40,774 nt of DNA from Promethearchaeota archaeon (GCA_030599585.1 JAUVNS010000027.1:1-40774); one strand, 5' to 3'. Positions 1 through 10,043 are shown, counted from the stretch's first letter. Translations and numbers: made by a program. The notes: generated by a model from the sequence alone, not told the origin.

Positions 1-141
1 ATGGCAAAGAAAGATGTGAAAGAAGTGTCAAGTAAAGGTGGTTTTACAAAGCCAGCAATTGATTATAGAAATAGTTACCGTCCAAATATGAAATTATTTC
101 AAAAAGGGAAGGAAATACCCAAAAAGAAGAAAAAAAAATAG
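1..141 (+). CDS. Small basic hypothetical protein (46 aa as visible; may begin upstream of the window)
   Basis: ATG at 1, open to TAG at 139-141: MAKKDVKEVSSKGGFTKPAIDYRNSYRPNMKLFQKGKEIPKKKKKK. Confidence 0.4.
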   Translation: MAKKDVKEVSSKGGFTKPAIDYRNSYRPNMKLFQKGKEIPKKKKKK

Positions 142-562
142 GGATTTAATCTTTTAAGCTCAAATTGCCTTTAATAGAGAACTGATAATCCGAGTAAATA
201 TGGCATAAAAATGATTTTAAATAATAAGAAGAGTGAAAATATCGGCTAAAAAACTGATTGGAAAGACAAAAAAATAATTTATAGAAGGATATTATTGACA
301 GAAGATTTTGAATATATAGAAAAAGAGATATTAGAATACTGTTATTCAACAGTTCTTTCATTAAATGACTATTATCATAATTTTACTATCAAAGAATTGA
401 AGGAAGATGATAGATTCAAAAAAATTTAATCTTGGCTCGAAAACATGTATATCCAAGTAAACACGTAAAATTCTATGGTTTCAGCCGTTTTTATCGGTGG
501 GTACCAAAGGGGTCTGTAAAAAATAACACGCGATATTACTCGATTTAAAATAATAACACGTT

Positions 563-583
563 TTCAGAAATATTATTTCTGAA
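563..583. promoter_or_regulatory. Perfect 10-1-10 palindrome (possible operator or hairpin)
   Basis: TTCAGAAATA-T-TATTTCTGAA; preceded by two AATAACACG direct repeats 30 bp apart (522, 552). Confidence 0.35.
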
Positions 584-664
584 TAATCTCAACGCATTCG
601 TTGTAAAACAAGTCCCCGTAATGAGGATATATCTTCCGACTTCCGTTTGCATGGAATTTTTTTG

Positions 665-1780
665 TTATAATTCTATATTTTTTCCTACTCGAATTAACGC
701 CTTGTGCCCCTTTCGATCAATATATAAATAGACGGGCTTTATCTTCATTTTTCGTGCTATAAGTGCCATTTCTTGATCTCTCGTTGCTAGTCCATACCTT
801 TTTTCAATAAGGGCAAGCCTTAAGTTGCCGTCAGAGTGAGTTTTAAGTCCACTTGGTAATGGAATTACTTCGTATCTGTCATTGAGCGTATTAATAACTG
901 ATTTATTGTTATGTAAGCACTCATCCATAACTATAATTTTTTTTCCAAGGAAAATTTTTCTGATAGATTTGCTGATTTTTTCGCGGAGATTAAACCTCTC
1001 GTATAATTCTAACTTGTTAATAACTACGCTTTTAGGTTGAAGTATTGAAACTTCTTCGCTAGTTATATCTTTAATTAACTGAGAAATTGAGGTAGTATGC
1101 TTAGTTCGTTTATGTTGTTCCAAGGCAGGGAGCGTCTTGAATTTTCTATTACATAGGTCGCATTTAATTTTTTTACTTAAATGAGACGAATTAATGTGCT
1201 GGTTTAACGAGTTTAGAGAATCTAAAATTTTGCCACAATGAGAACAAACGAATTTCTTCTTTTGACAAACGCTACTTTTAACGTGTTGATTCATCGCATT
1301 TTCGTTTTTAAAGCCTTTTTTACAATGTGGACAAGTGATACTTTTTTTTGTACACGTTGCTGCTTTCTTATGCTGTTTTAACCCGTTTTCCGAGGCAAAT
1401 CTCTTGTCGCAATTAGAACACGAAAAGAGCCCCTCTTTTTTAATGTGGTCGCTTAGTTCTTTTTCTGTTTTAAAACCGTTCTTACATTTTGGACAAGAAT
1501 ATTTAGTTTTGTGCGCGTCTTTTTGATGCTGGGCTAATGATTTTTGTGTCTCGAATTTTTTTTTACAAGTATTGCACACTAATTTTTTTTGATGAGCAGA
1601 TTTTTTATGTTGATTAAGAGAGATTTCTGAAGTAAAAACTTTTTTACATTCCGTGCATCTATGAATATTATGACCTGTTGATTTATAATGCTGATTTAAT
1701 GCGTTAGATGTCTTAAAACTTTTATTACAGGTAGCGCAAATATAGAGTTTTTCAATTGGTTCCGTTGTAATTGAATTCAT
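665..1780 (-). CDS. Tandem C2H2/C2HC zinc-finger protein (8 fingers) with C-terminal PIN-like (DUF5615/Mut7-C type) domain
   Basis: Eight CxxC-x3-F/L-x5-L/M-x2-H units in aa 14-228; C-terminal IVMDE...SD...LATRDQEM fits the PIN DE / D / TxDxD pattern. Confidence 0.8.
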   Translation of the reverse strand: MNSITTEPIEKLYICATCNKSFKTSNALNQHYKSTGHNIHRCTECKKVFTSEISLNQHKKSAHQKKLVCNTCKKKFETQKSLAQHQKDAHKTKYSCPKCKNGFKTEKELSDHIKKEGLFSCSNCDKRFASENGLKQHKKAATCTKKSITCPHCKKGFKNENAMNQHVKSSVCQKKKFVCSHCGKILDSLNSLNQHINSSHLSKKIKCDLCNRKFKTLPALEQHKRTKHTTSISQLIKDITSEEVSILQPKSVVINKLELYERFNLREKISKSIRKIFLGKKIIVMDECLHNNKSVINTLNDRYEVIPLPSGLKTHSDGNLRLALIEKRYGLATRDQEMALIARKMKIKPVYLYIDRKGHKALIRVGKNIEL

Positions 1781-2706
1781 CTCCTTCCTCTCAAAATTAC
1801 GTAATTTGCTTCCTGCTTCATAATTTCTGCTTCATAATCTTCGTCTAAATCTCCAATAGCTATAAGATCAAAACTTTGCTCATTAATTTCCTTTTCATCA
1901 AAAGGGATACCATAATTTATATCAAAATAATCAACATCCTCATCGTTTATTATATTACCTTCGTAATCAGCCTCCCTATACCTTGGATAAATAGATATTG
2001 TTAGTTCTTTTGGATTAATTATAAATAAAAAACCAATATCACCTGCCCATAGTATTACTTTTTCACCTTCGATAATACTTGTACTTTTAGAAACTCTGCT
2101 TCTTTTACCGGGAGAAATTATATCAAAACCCCAAAAAGCGTTATATTCTTGACAGATATAAAGCCTTCTCTTTAAATTTTCGTGAGAATTTTGGATTTCA
2201 GAAAATCTTATACTATTTGTAGCCCCTTTTCCTGAATATTCGTCAGGCTCGTAGTAATAAAGAACTGCGTCTCCTTCGTTTGGAAACCCTAAAGTTAATT
2301 TAACAATTTCCTTATTAAATGTATAGCTGTTTGCATCTGTATCGTAACTACATTCAACTAAGAACCATTTACCATTTATCGTTATTTTAACTAATTCCCA
2401 ACCGTCACTAGTTTTTTTTAAATTAAAAATACTTTTTGAGGGTTTAAGGTAATACACGTATTCCCATTTACTCTTGCCTTCTTCTTGATGGGAGGCTTGC
2501 GCTAGTTTATCCTTATCTGTTAATTTTTGAACGATCTTCCTTATATTTGAACTAAATCCCGTATCCCTTAGCATTTGAATAGAAAACGCTTCTCTTGGAT
2601 GTTCTTCGAAAAATTTTAGCACGGCATCTTCAGTTGTAATTATAGCCTCGTCTAAATTAATTTTTGAAAGTGGAATTCCTTTGATGTTCTTATTTTTCTT
2701 TTGCAT
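1777..2706 (-). CDS. Hypothetical protein, possible N-terminal winged HTH
   Basis: 309-aa ORF; N-term VLKFFEEHPREAFSIQML...IRKIVQKLTDKDKL...YVYYL resembles a wHTH; 4-nt ATGA overlap with the zinc-finger gene. Confidence 0.65.
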   Translation of the reverse strand: MQKKNKNIKGIPLSKINLDEAIITTEDAVLKFFEEHPREAFSIQMLRDTGFSSNIRKIVQKLTDKDKLAQASHQEEGKSKWEYVYYLKPSKSIFNLKKTSDGWELVKITINGKWFLVECSYDTDANSYTFNKEIVKLTLGFPNEGDAVLYYYEPDEYSGKGATNSIRFSEIQNSHENLKRRLYICQEYNAFWGFDIISPGKRSRVSKSTSIIEGEKVILWAGDIGFLFIINPKELTISIYPRYREADYEGNIINDEDVDYFDINYGIPFDEKEINEQSFDLIAIGDLDEDYEAEIMKQEANYVILRGRR

Positions 2707-2816
2707 CGATCTATCTAGTAAAAATTAGGTTATATAAAGGTTTTGATCTTAATTAACTTGTTTAACTTAATTATGCAATAATTTTCTTTCTACTAAAAAA
2801 GTAAACTTTTATAAAG

Positions 2817-2849
2817 GTAAGTAAAGTAAAGTAAAGCAAAGTAAAGTTG
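2817..2849. repeat. GTAAA pentanucleotide tandem repeat in a divergent promoter region
   Basis: GTAA-GTAAA-GTAAA-GTAAA-GCAAA-GTAAA-GTTG; GTAAAGTTG recurs at 2906. Confidence 0.6.
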
Positions 2850-3053
2850 CGAAAAGGAGGGGAGTAGTTTGGAAGTTTACTATTACTACTTTAAAGCTTA
2901 CTAGCGTAAAGTTGACCTAACATTTATATAGGAAAATGGTTGTTATTATATTGTAAAATCACCTCGGATTTTTATTAATTCGATAAAATAAAGACAAAAT
3001 CGAGACTTGCGTAAAATAAAAAGATTTTCTAAAGATGAATAGAACTTCCAAAG

Positions 3054-3323
3054 TTGAGTAAAATACCTGAGAAAAACAATAATTATAAAGAGGAAATAGT
3101 TTCTTTCGCGTACGATTTAAAGAGCGGTGGGAGTTACGTCAAGAACGTTTTTTACGAACTCGAAACCGATAAGGCGGTGATGTTTGGAAGGAATGGCGAC
3201 GATAAAGTTCTTTTTATCCCTAAATCAGCAATTAAAGGTGGGTGGATAAAAGATAAAAAAAAAGCTCAAAACATCGCAATAAGATTTGGAATTGAACTAC
3301 GCTGGAGACCCAATAAAACTTAA
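3054..3323 (+). CDS. Small hypothetical protein (beta-rich), co-oriented with uvrD
   Basis: 89-aa ORF with TTG start, ending 48 bp before the helicase gene. Confidence 0.6.
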   Translation: MSKIPEKNNNYKEEIVSFAYDLKSGGSYVKNVFYELETDKAVMFGRNGDDKVLFIPKSAIKGGWIKDKKKAQNIAIRFGIELRWRPNKT

Positions 3324-3371
3324 TTTAAAACAAAAATGATACTACTATAAGAAAATTCAAGAGGTTTAGGA

Positions 3372-5525
3372 ATGACGCAAAAAAAAGATGGTGAACAGGA
3401 GGAATTCATCTTTGAGTTTTACGACGAAGACTACGCGAAATCTCTAGAGGGTGCCGAAAAACCAGTAATAACTGAGGAATACAACGAGATCGATTTTGAA
3501 ACGGATTTAAACGAAGAACAACTCGAAATTGTAAACAACATCCAAGGGGCAATGCTGGTCATTGCCGGAGCGGGTTCTGGAAAGACGAGGACTATCGTCT
3601 ATTCCGTTGCGAAACTGTTAACGTCGGGAGTAAAACCTAGCCAGATAATGTTAGTGACCTTTACCAATAAAGCCGCTCACGAAATGATTAAACGCGTCGA
3701 AATTTTACTTGGTAAAAAACCAAGAGGTATCTGGGGAGGGACGTTTCACTCGATTGCTAATAGATTCTTAAGGATGTACGCAAAAACGCTCGGACTAAAG
3801 CCTAATTTTACCATAATGGACGAGACTGACGCCAAAGGGTTAATGAAATTGTCAATTGATAAAGCAGGCGTAAAAGATCTCGAAGAGCGGTTCCCTACTT
3901 CGGCAATGGCCAAATCAATTTTATCGTTTTCGATTAATTGTAACAAATCTATTAAAGAAGTAATCCAATGGAAATACGGACAGTTTGATAGCGATCCTGT
4001 GCTTGCTAAATTAAACGAAGTAATTAAAATTTATAAAACTAAAAAAGCAGACGACGGTTTATTAGATTTCGACGACTTGCTTGTATTCTGGAGTAGATTG
4101 CTCGACGAAAGATCTATAGCTAAACTAATCGCTAGTAAGATTAAATACGTGTTGGTTGACGAATATCAAGATACTAACTACATCCAAGACGAGATTATTC
4201 ATAAAATCGTGTTGCAAAATCCAGATCGAAACATCATGGCGGTTGGCGACGATGCCCAGAGCATATACGCGTTTCGAGGTGCGAATTTTCAGAACATTTT
4301 GAATTTCGAAAGTAATTACAAAAAATGTAAAAGATACACCATTACCTACAATTATCGGAGCGCCCCTCAAATATTAGACTTAGCAAATAATTGCATAGAA
4401 CACAACGAAAATCAATTTAAAAAATCCATGAGAGCTACGAGACCGAGCGGTGTTAAGCCATTTCAAGTAAATTTAGGAGACGACAAAGACCAAGCAAGGT
4501 TTATCGCAAACCAAATTTTAAAATTGCGCCAAGATGGCTACAAACTGAACGAAATGGCAATTCTCGTACGAGCGGGGTTTCACACGATTAGGATCGAGCT
4601 GGAATTAAAAGCAAAAAACATCCCTTACGAAGTTCGAGCAGGAGTGGCTTTCTTTGAAAAAGCCCACATCAAAGATATGATTGCTCACCTACGCGTAATT
4701 GAAAATCCTTACGACGAAATCTCGTGGTCTCGAATATTTGGTATTATTTCAGGTATAGGTACCGTTTCCGCGTCAAAAATTTTTGAAGCGATCTCGAAAA
4801 CGGACGATCCGATCGTTAGCGTTTCGAGTAAAACATTTATCGATAAGCATCTTAAAGGCTCAAGAATCTCAAAAGATGGGATAAAAAACTTACTTTCTCA
4901 CGCGAAAAAATTAAAGGGGTTTACAATTGACGACGCTCCAACTGAACTAGTGAAAAAGTTAGTAGGGGCGCTTGAGGATTATATCAAAGCCAAGTACGAC
5001 AATTGGCAAGATAGATTAGAAGACTTACATCAATTAGGCGTTTACGCTCAAAACTATCCTAACACTCAGAAATTTCTGGAGAATTTAAGCTTGAATGCCT
5101 CGGCTTTAGAATCTAAAACGGTTTTAATGGGCTCTCAAATCGAAGACGAAAAACCTGTAGTGTTATCTACGGTTCATCGGGCTAAAGGGTTGGAGTGGAG
5201 GGTAGTGTTCATCCCAATGTTGTGCGAAGATTCGTTTCCTTCCAGTAGAGTAATTGGCGACCCCGACGCGTACGAAGAAGAAAGAAGGGTGTTTTACGTG
5301 GCAACAACAAGGACTAAGGACGAGTTGTATCTTATTTCGCCGGCGGTAAGAAATACCTATCGAGGCCCTCAGACGGTGCGGGTATCTCAGTTTGTCGGGG
5401 AATTAAACCCAAAAGTCTATAAAAGATCGTCAGTTCGCTATAAACCAACTCCGATTAACAAGAAGAACTCAAAAAAAAGCAAAGGATCGTTTTTTACTAC
5501 GGCAGATAAACTAGGTGAGAAATAA
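3372..5525 (+). CDS. uvrD: UvrD/PcrA/Rep-family SF1 DNA helicase
   Basis: AGAGSGKT, TFTNKAA, DEYQD, VGDDAQSIYAFRGA, NYRS, STVHRAKGLEW, EERRVFYVATTR. Confidence 0.95.
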   Translation: MTQKKDGEQEEFIFEFYDEDYAKSLEGAEKPVITEEYNEIDFETDLNEEQLEIVNNIQGAMLVIAGAGSGKTRTIVYSVAKLLTSGVKPSQIMLVTFTNKAAHEMIKRVEILLGKKPRGIWGGTFHSIANRFLRMYAKTLGLKPNFTIMDETDAKGLMKLSIDKAGVKDLEERFPTSAMAKSILSFSINCNKSIKEVIQWKYGQFDSDPVLAKLNEVIKIYKTKKADDGLLDFDDLLVFWSRLLDERSIAKLIASKIKYVLVDEYQDTNYIQDEIIHKIVLQNPDRNIMAVGDDAQSIYAFRGANFQNILNFESNYKKCKRYTITYNYRSAPQILDLANNCIEHNENQFKKSMRATRPSGVKPFQVNLGDDKDQARFIANQILKLRQDGYKLNEMAILVRAGFHTIRIELELKAKNIPYEVRAGVAFFEKAHIKDMIAHLRVIENPYDEISWSRIFGIISGIGTVSASKIFEAISKTDDPIVSVSSKTFIDKHLKGSRISKDGIKNLLSHAKKLKGFTIDDAPTELVKKLVGALEDYIKAKYDNWQDRLEDLHQLGVYAQNYPNTQKFLENLSLNASALESKTVLMGSQIEDEKPVVLSTVHRAKGLEWRVVFIPMLCEDSFPSSRVIGDPDAYEEERRVFYVATTRTKDELYLISPAVRNTYRGPQTVRVSQFVGELNPKVYKRSSVRYKPTPINKKNSKKSKGSFFTTADKLGEK

Positions 5526-5541
5526 CTAAATTTCTAGAGTA

Positions 5542-6462
5542 TTAACGGTATAAATTGGTTCTTCTTCCTAATATTTCTTTCACAACTCGTTTGTTCGCAA
5601 GAAATGGATTGGTTATCTCCTTTTTTGGAAATTTTAAAGGAGGTGTAAAAATCTGTTCATTTTTGATTAGTAAATTATAAGCTTGATGTAAGAGAAATTC
5701 GAGATTGATGACATCTTCGTTGTTATAGGCGAGTAGCGTTTCGAGATATTCTTTTTTATTGGTTTGCTTAAATTTATTCCACAAGAGCACCGCAGAATAG
5801 CCGTCCAAGTCTTCAAGAGCTCCACGCGAGATTCCAAACCTTTTTTCAATTTTTTTTAACCCGCCCTTTATCTGTAATCTCCTGAGTAAGAAGCACACGT
5901 CAAAATGGACCTGATTAAAATCGATTCCCATTTCGTGCTTGATAAATGGAATATCAAAAGCTTTTCCGTAAAAAGTTGTTATTGCAGGGAATTTTGAAAT
6001 AAACGCAGGAAAGTCGTCTAAGTTGTCACCTCGGACAAAATCGTGAACTCTCGTTCCATCGTAAACGGCAATAGTCGTTATATGGCTATAATGAGGGCTT
6101 AGACCAGTCGTTTCAATATCGAGGTAAGCAATACGGTCAATAAAGTTTGGGATCATCTTCCAATGTTGCATTTTGGGTATAAGTCTTGTTAATTGAGAAA
6201 TATCGAGGATTTTTAGCGCTTTTATCGCTGAATTGACGCCATTCCATATGGCGAGCCATTTTTGTTTTGGAAACAATTCAGGACACTGTTTTTTTATCAC
6301 ATCGTTCCAACAATATATCCCTAATTCTCTGAGCATTACTTCTGTTTTAACACCAATCCCTTTTACAAAGGTAAACGAGTTAAATAGCGGATTATTCGCT
6401 TCAGAGGATATAACATCGTCTTTTGTCACGATTTCTTTCACATTATTAGTTTGAGGTTTCAA
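5542..6462 (-). CDS. YprB/RNase_H_2-like DEDD exonuclease with N-terminal HhH-like motif
   Basis: YLDIETTGL, FYGKAFDIPFI, GGLKKIE, YNNEDV; N-terminal VKGIGVKTE. Confidence 0.85.
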   Translation of the reverse strand: MKPQTNNVKEIVTKDDVISSEANNPLFNSFTFVKGIGVKTEVMLRELGIYCWNDVIKKQCPELFPKQKWLAIWNGVNSAIKALKILDISQLTRLIPKMQHWKMIPNFIDRIAYLDIETTGLSPHYSHITTIAVYDGTRVHDFVRGDNLDDFPAFISKFPAITTFYGKAFDIPFIKHEMGIDFNQVHFDVCFLLRRLQIKGGLKKIEKRFGISRGALEDLDGYSAVLLWNKFKQTNKKEYLETLLAYNNEDVINLEFLLHQAYNLLIKNEQIFTPPLKFPKKEITNPFLANKRVVKEILGRRTNLYR

Positions 6463-6559
6463 AAATTTAAAGCATGAGTCCTAATTAATTTAATTTTTAT
6501 TATAAGATTTATTTGTTAAGTGTTTAGTTAGTAAAAAATTATTTTTTGATAGGAATTTA

Positions 6560-8188
6560 TTATCTCATCCAAAATTGATTCTGGCATTTTTCGCAAAATT
6601 TAGCAGATTTTCTATTTACTGCGCCGCAATTGTCACAATACTTAATATTATTTTTTATTGGAGGTTCGGTCTTAAAAGTTTTGACATCAATAGGGAATTT
6701 TGAGCCTTTTATAGCATAATTAAGTTTTGTATCGTTTTCTTTTACTACAATAATTCCTCTAACCGATTTCGTTTGAGTTAGATTTTCACTTACCCACGCC
6801 ATATACCTTTGTATCTGACCAACAACTTTATCGCTTCCTTTCCCTCTTTTCAATTCTACAATTACATAACTATCCTGTTGATCTTTAAAAAGAACGTCTA
6901 TAAAACCAACGGAAGTTTTATACTGTCTTCCAATTAACTTCAATCCGTCTTCAAGTATTTCCGGATTTTTAACAATTGTATCTTCGATTTGCCTTTCATA
7001 AACTCGTTCATTAGGGCGATTTTTTTCGTAATTTAAAACAGTCTTCCATTTTGCTGAATCTAAATTCTTCTTAATAATTCCGTTTTTATCAGTAATGCTC
7101 TTTCTTTCTAACATTTTAGCCAAATTAGAAACTTCGAGAGACTTCTTAATTTTACCGGTTTGTTTATACGCAATGCTGAGAAGATCATAAGTTTTTGGAA
7201 TCTGCTGTTTATAAATTATATCTCTAGGATGCCATTTAATCTTGAAAACGTTATCGCAGAGTAGAAAAGCTTTTGTGTAATTCTTTACTTTAAGATGTGT
7301 TCTTATTAGATTGTTCCAAACGGTAATATTTTTATAATGGTATTCTAAAGAACGCTCAAAAGCTTTAATGGCATTACTATAATCACGAGCAATACTATAC
7401 GAAATACCTAAATAATTCCATACTGATCCGTTTTTTGGATTTTTCTCAATAATGTTTTTAAAAGTAATAATTGCGTTTTTGTAATCTTTTGCTTGATTAT
7501 ACGCTATACCTAAATATTGTTGATGATATTGATGATTTGGTTCAATTTCTATCGCTTTTTTATACATTGTAATAGCTTCATTATGCTCATTTTTGGCTCT
7601 ATAAACGTGACCTTGAAGAATCCAGGTAGAAGCGTCCTGCGAATTGATCTTTAATGATTCATTAAGAGATTCTAGTGCTTTCTTATAATCTTTCCTTACA
7701 TAATAATAAAAACTGCCAAGTCTTCGCCAAATATTATGATCATTGGAATTAATTTCTAAAGCTTTTTCAAGGGAATGAAGTTGTTCGTCGCGGTTTCCTT
7801 TCATTGCATGTGCTTCAGCGAGACCGCACCAAATCTCATGATCATCAGGATCTAACTTTATAGCTTTTTTATAAGCATTTATAGATTCTTCATATTTTTC
7901 TATAATGCTATATTTTATTCCAAGATGATACCAAGCTTCTAGATTATTAGGATCACATTTTAATGCGTCTTGATGTTTTTCTATAGAAAATTCTATCAGT
8001 TTTATTGCTTCGTTATGCTGATCCATTGTAAGAGCTTTATTAAAATAAGCGTGTCCTAAGTTATTCCAGATTTCTACGTTATTCATATCAAACTCCAATG
8101 CGTGGTTGTAAGCTTCTATTGATTTGTCGTATTCTTCCTTGTCATAATATTCATCACCTTTTATCATCCATGTGTAAAATTCAGACAT
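6560..8188 (-). CDS. TPR-repeat protein fused to NucS/EndoMS-like (DUF91) PD-(D/E)XK nuclease and C-terminal zinc ribbon
   Basis: About 9 TPRs; ERQIED...GRQY...GFIDVLFKD...VIVELKRG...VGQIQRY; CDNC...CEKC. Confidence 0.85.
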   Translation of the reverse strand: MSEFYTWMIKGDEYYDKEEYDKSIEAYNHALEFDMNNVEIWNNLGHAYFNKALTMDQHNEAIKLIEFSIEKHQDALKCDPNNLEAWYHLGIKYSIIEKYEESINAYKKAIKLDPDDHEIWCGLAEAHAMKGNRDEQLHSLEKALEINSNDHNIWRRLGSFYYYVRKDYKKALESLNESLKINSQDASTWILQGHVYRAKNEHNEAITMYKKAIEIEPNHQYHQQYLGIAYNQAKDYKNAIITFKNIIEKNPKNGSVWNYLGISYSIARDYSNAIKAFERSLEYHYKNITVWNNLIRTHLKVKNYTKAFLLCDNVFKIKWHPRDIIYKQQIPKTYDLLSIAYKQTGKIKKSLEVSNLAKMLERKSITDKNGIIKKNLDSAKWKTVLNYEKNRPNERVYERQIEDTIVKNPEILEDGLKLIGRQYKTSVGFIDVLFKDQQDSYVIVELKRGKGSDKVVGQIQRYMAWVSENLTQTKSVRGIIVVKENDTKLNYAIKGSKFPIDVKTFKTEPPIKNNIKYCDNCGAVNRKSAKFCEKCQNQFWMR

Positions 8189-8262
8189 AAGTTATCACTT
8201 AAGATTTGAAATTCGATTCTTTTCTATATTCTTATTTTTGTATTTGTTATTCTTATTAAATC

Positions 8263-8321
8263 GTTGACTAAATCGACTCTCTCTGGACTCTTGTAGTTTT
8301 CTTAAACGTGTATATATCAAT
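8263..8321 (-). pseudogene. Orphan diverged copy of the rad50 3' end (direct repeat of 10039-10106)
   Basis: Reads IDIYTFKK---TTRVQRESI* versus Rad50 TDIYTFKKSNHITKVQRESM*; 44/54 nt identical plus a 9-nt in-frame gap; both followed by TAGTCAAC. Confidence 0.9.
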
Positions 8322-9992
8322 TTATTTCTTTAACAAACCATCCAAGAATTTATTAATATTGTCTATAACTTTCTTTTCTTTGAAATTTATTGGCTTGCTA
8401 TCTCCATTCAAAATCGGAATTAACATTGTTTTATAAAAATTGACGAATTCACCGTCTTTTGATCTTATGCCAATCGTGTTTTCTAATTCATGGGAAAAAG
8501 GCGTTAATATGAGTTCTTCTTCATCCCTCAATGCTACATAAAAACCATAAGGATGCGAAAGTAGTCTAACTTGAATATTCCCTAATTTATTCATATTTGA
8601 GTAGATTTTATCAAAAAATTCATCTTCCCAAAAGGAATAGAATACGATTTTCTTATCTTGATGTATATAAGCCCACTCTGAAGCAAACGAGAGTATTTCT
8701 TGAAAAGGTAGAGGTATGTAAATATAAGCTAATTCTTTTGTATTGGAAATCAGAGAAGCAATTAAATTAATTATGGCTTCACCTCCATAAAAGACTTCAA
8801 GGTTTAAAACTAATTTTGGATAAGTGTGGTCAACAAAAAATTTAAAATCTTTTTTATCTATATTTGAATCGATATATGCTATCGTAAACTTCTTTTCGAA
8901 GAAGCTAATAATAGTATCTCGGCAAAAAACTAATCTTTTATTCTCAATTACTTTTCCTTTTGCGTCTTTTTTTAGATTATGTAAGTTAGAACGATTTAAG
9001 AGTTCAATGTATTCGTAATTATCGTCATATAATCGCTGGGCAATACTAAAATAATTTTCGTCAATTACTTGAGCCTCACTTTTTCCTTGAGGTGATTCTT
9101 CTTGTAGACCTAATTTTTGTTTTATAAGTTTCTTAAGTTTGAATATTTCCTTCGAGTTTCTTTTATTTTCAGAATAATCATAATCTAAATATTGATTACA
9201 ATATTCTAGCGCTTTTTCATACTTTCCTGAGTTAAAATGAATTTTAGCTAAATGACTTACAGCTCTAAAATACCAATGAAATGATCCAGAGTCGTAATCA
9301 CTTAAAGTTTTTTCGAAAAATTTTTGCGCTTTTTCAATATCACCCAATCCGTAATAGGCCATACCAAGGCAAACCCATCCATCTGGATTTAAGCTTGCTA
9401 TCTCTACTGCTCTTCTGCAAGCTTCTATTGCCTTATCGTATTGTTCTGCTTTAACGAGAAGTTCTCCAAGACGAGTCCATCTTTTATACTCATTTGGGCT
9501 AAGCTTCAATATTTTTCTTAGTATATTTATTATAGATGTAATATCTCCTTCTTTTTCACTTTTCCTAAGTAAAGAATCAAGTTTTGTTTTTTCTTTACTT
9601 GAATATTTTGGTCCTATTTGGTAAATTCGATGTTCACTAATATTTTCTTCAGGCACAGTAAAAAAAGAAACATAATCAACCTTAGATATAACATCTTCTC
9701 CCTCCTCGTGATTAAACGAAGCAAAATATTTTATTCCTTCGAATTCCAGAGGATCTTTGTCTACTAATTTTCCGCCCTTGATAGAATAATGAAATGTTAA
9801 ATCTTTACGAGTTCCTTTCCAAATATTTTTAAACAAAATGGGAAATTGATCTAATTCGTATTTATGAAAGTTCCGAATTCCTCCTAAGCTGTTAACTATA
9901 ACTTTTGCAATTTCATCCTCACTTAGGTAGGGGGTATCTTTTGGTGATGCAATTATATATTCTTCCTTATGAATAAGAGCCTTGGTATCCAT
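8322..9992 (-). CDS. TPR protein with C-terminal TrmB-effector/PLD-fold-like domain
   Basis: 3-4 central TPRs; C-terminal LGNIQVR...VALRDEEELILTP...GIRSKD resembles TrmB C-terminal-like domains. Confidence 0.65.
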   Translation of the reverse strand: MDTKALIHKEEYIIASPKDTPYLSEDEIAKVIVNSLGGIRNFHKYELDQFPILFKNIWKGTRKDLTFHYSIKGGKLVDKDPLEFEGIKYFASFNHEEGEDVISKVDYVSFFTVPEENISEHRIYQIGPKYSSKEKTKLDSLLRKSEKEGDITSIINILRKILKLSPNEYKRWTRLGELLVKAEQYDKAIEACRRAVEIASLNPDGWVCLGMAYYGLGDIEKAQKFFEKTLSDYDSGSFHWYFRAVSHLAKIHFNSGKYEKALEYCNQYLDYDYSENKRNSKEIFKLKKLIKQKLGLQEESPQGKSEAQVIDENYFSIAQRLYDDNYEYIELLNRSNLHNLKKDAKGKVIENKRLVFCRDTIISFFEKKFTIAYIDSNIDKKDFKFFVDHTYPKLVLNLEVFYGGEAIINLIASLISNTKELAYIYIPLPFQEILSFASEWAYIHQDKKIVFYSFWEDEFFDKIYSNMNKLGNIQVRLLSHPYGFYVALRDEEELILTPFSHELENTIGIRSKDGEFVNFYKTMLIPILNGDSKPINFKEKKVIDNINKFLDGLLKK

Positions 9993-10043
9993 TATGGTTC
10001 GCTTTAATCTTGTATATTTTTCTAATCTTATTTTAGTGGTTGA

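Noticed and set aside
33-46. 14-mer TAAAGGTGGTTTTA shared with 40029-40042, as possible terminal repeats
   Set aside because: Short AT-rich match expected by chance in 40 kb; no convincing extension
146-429. 71-aa minus-strand ORF, and a plus-strand frame 211-429 with one internal stop
   Set aside because: The minus ORF has F/L/S/Y-rich shadow composition; the plus frame has no recognisable homology
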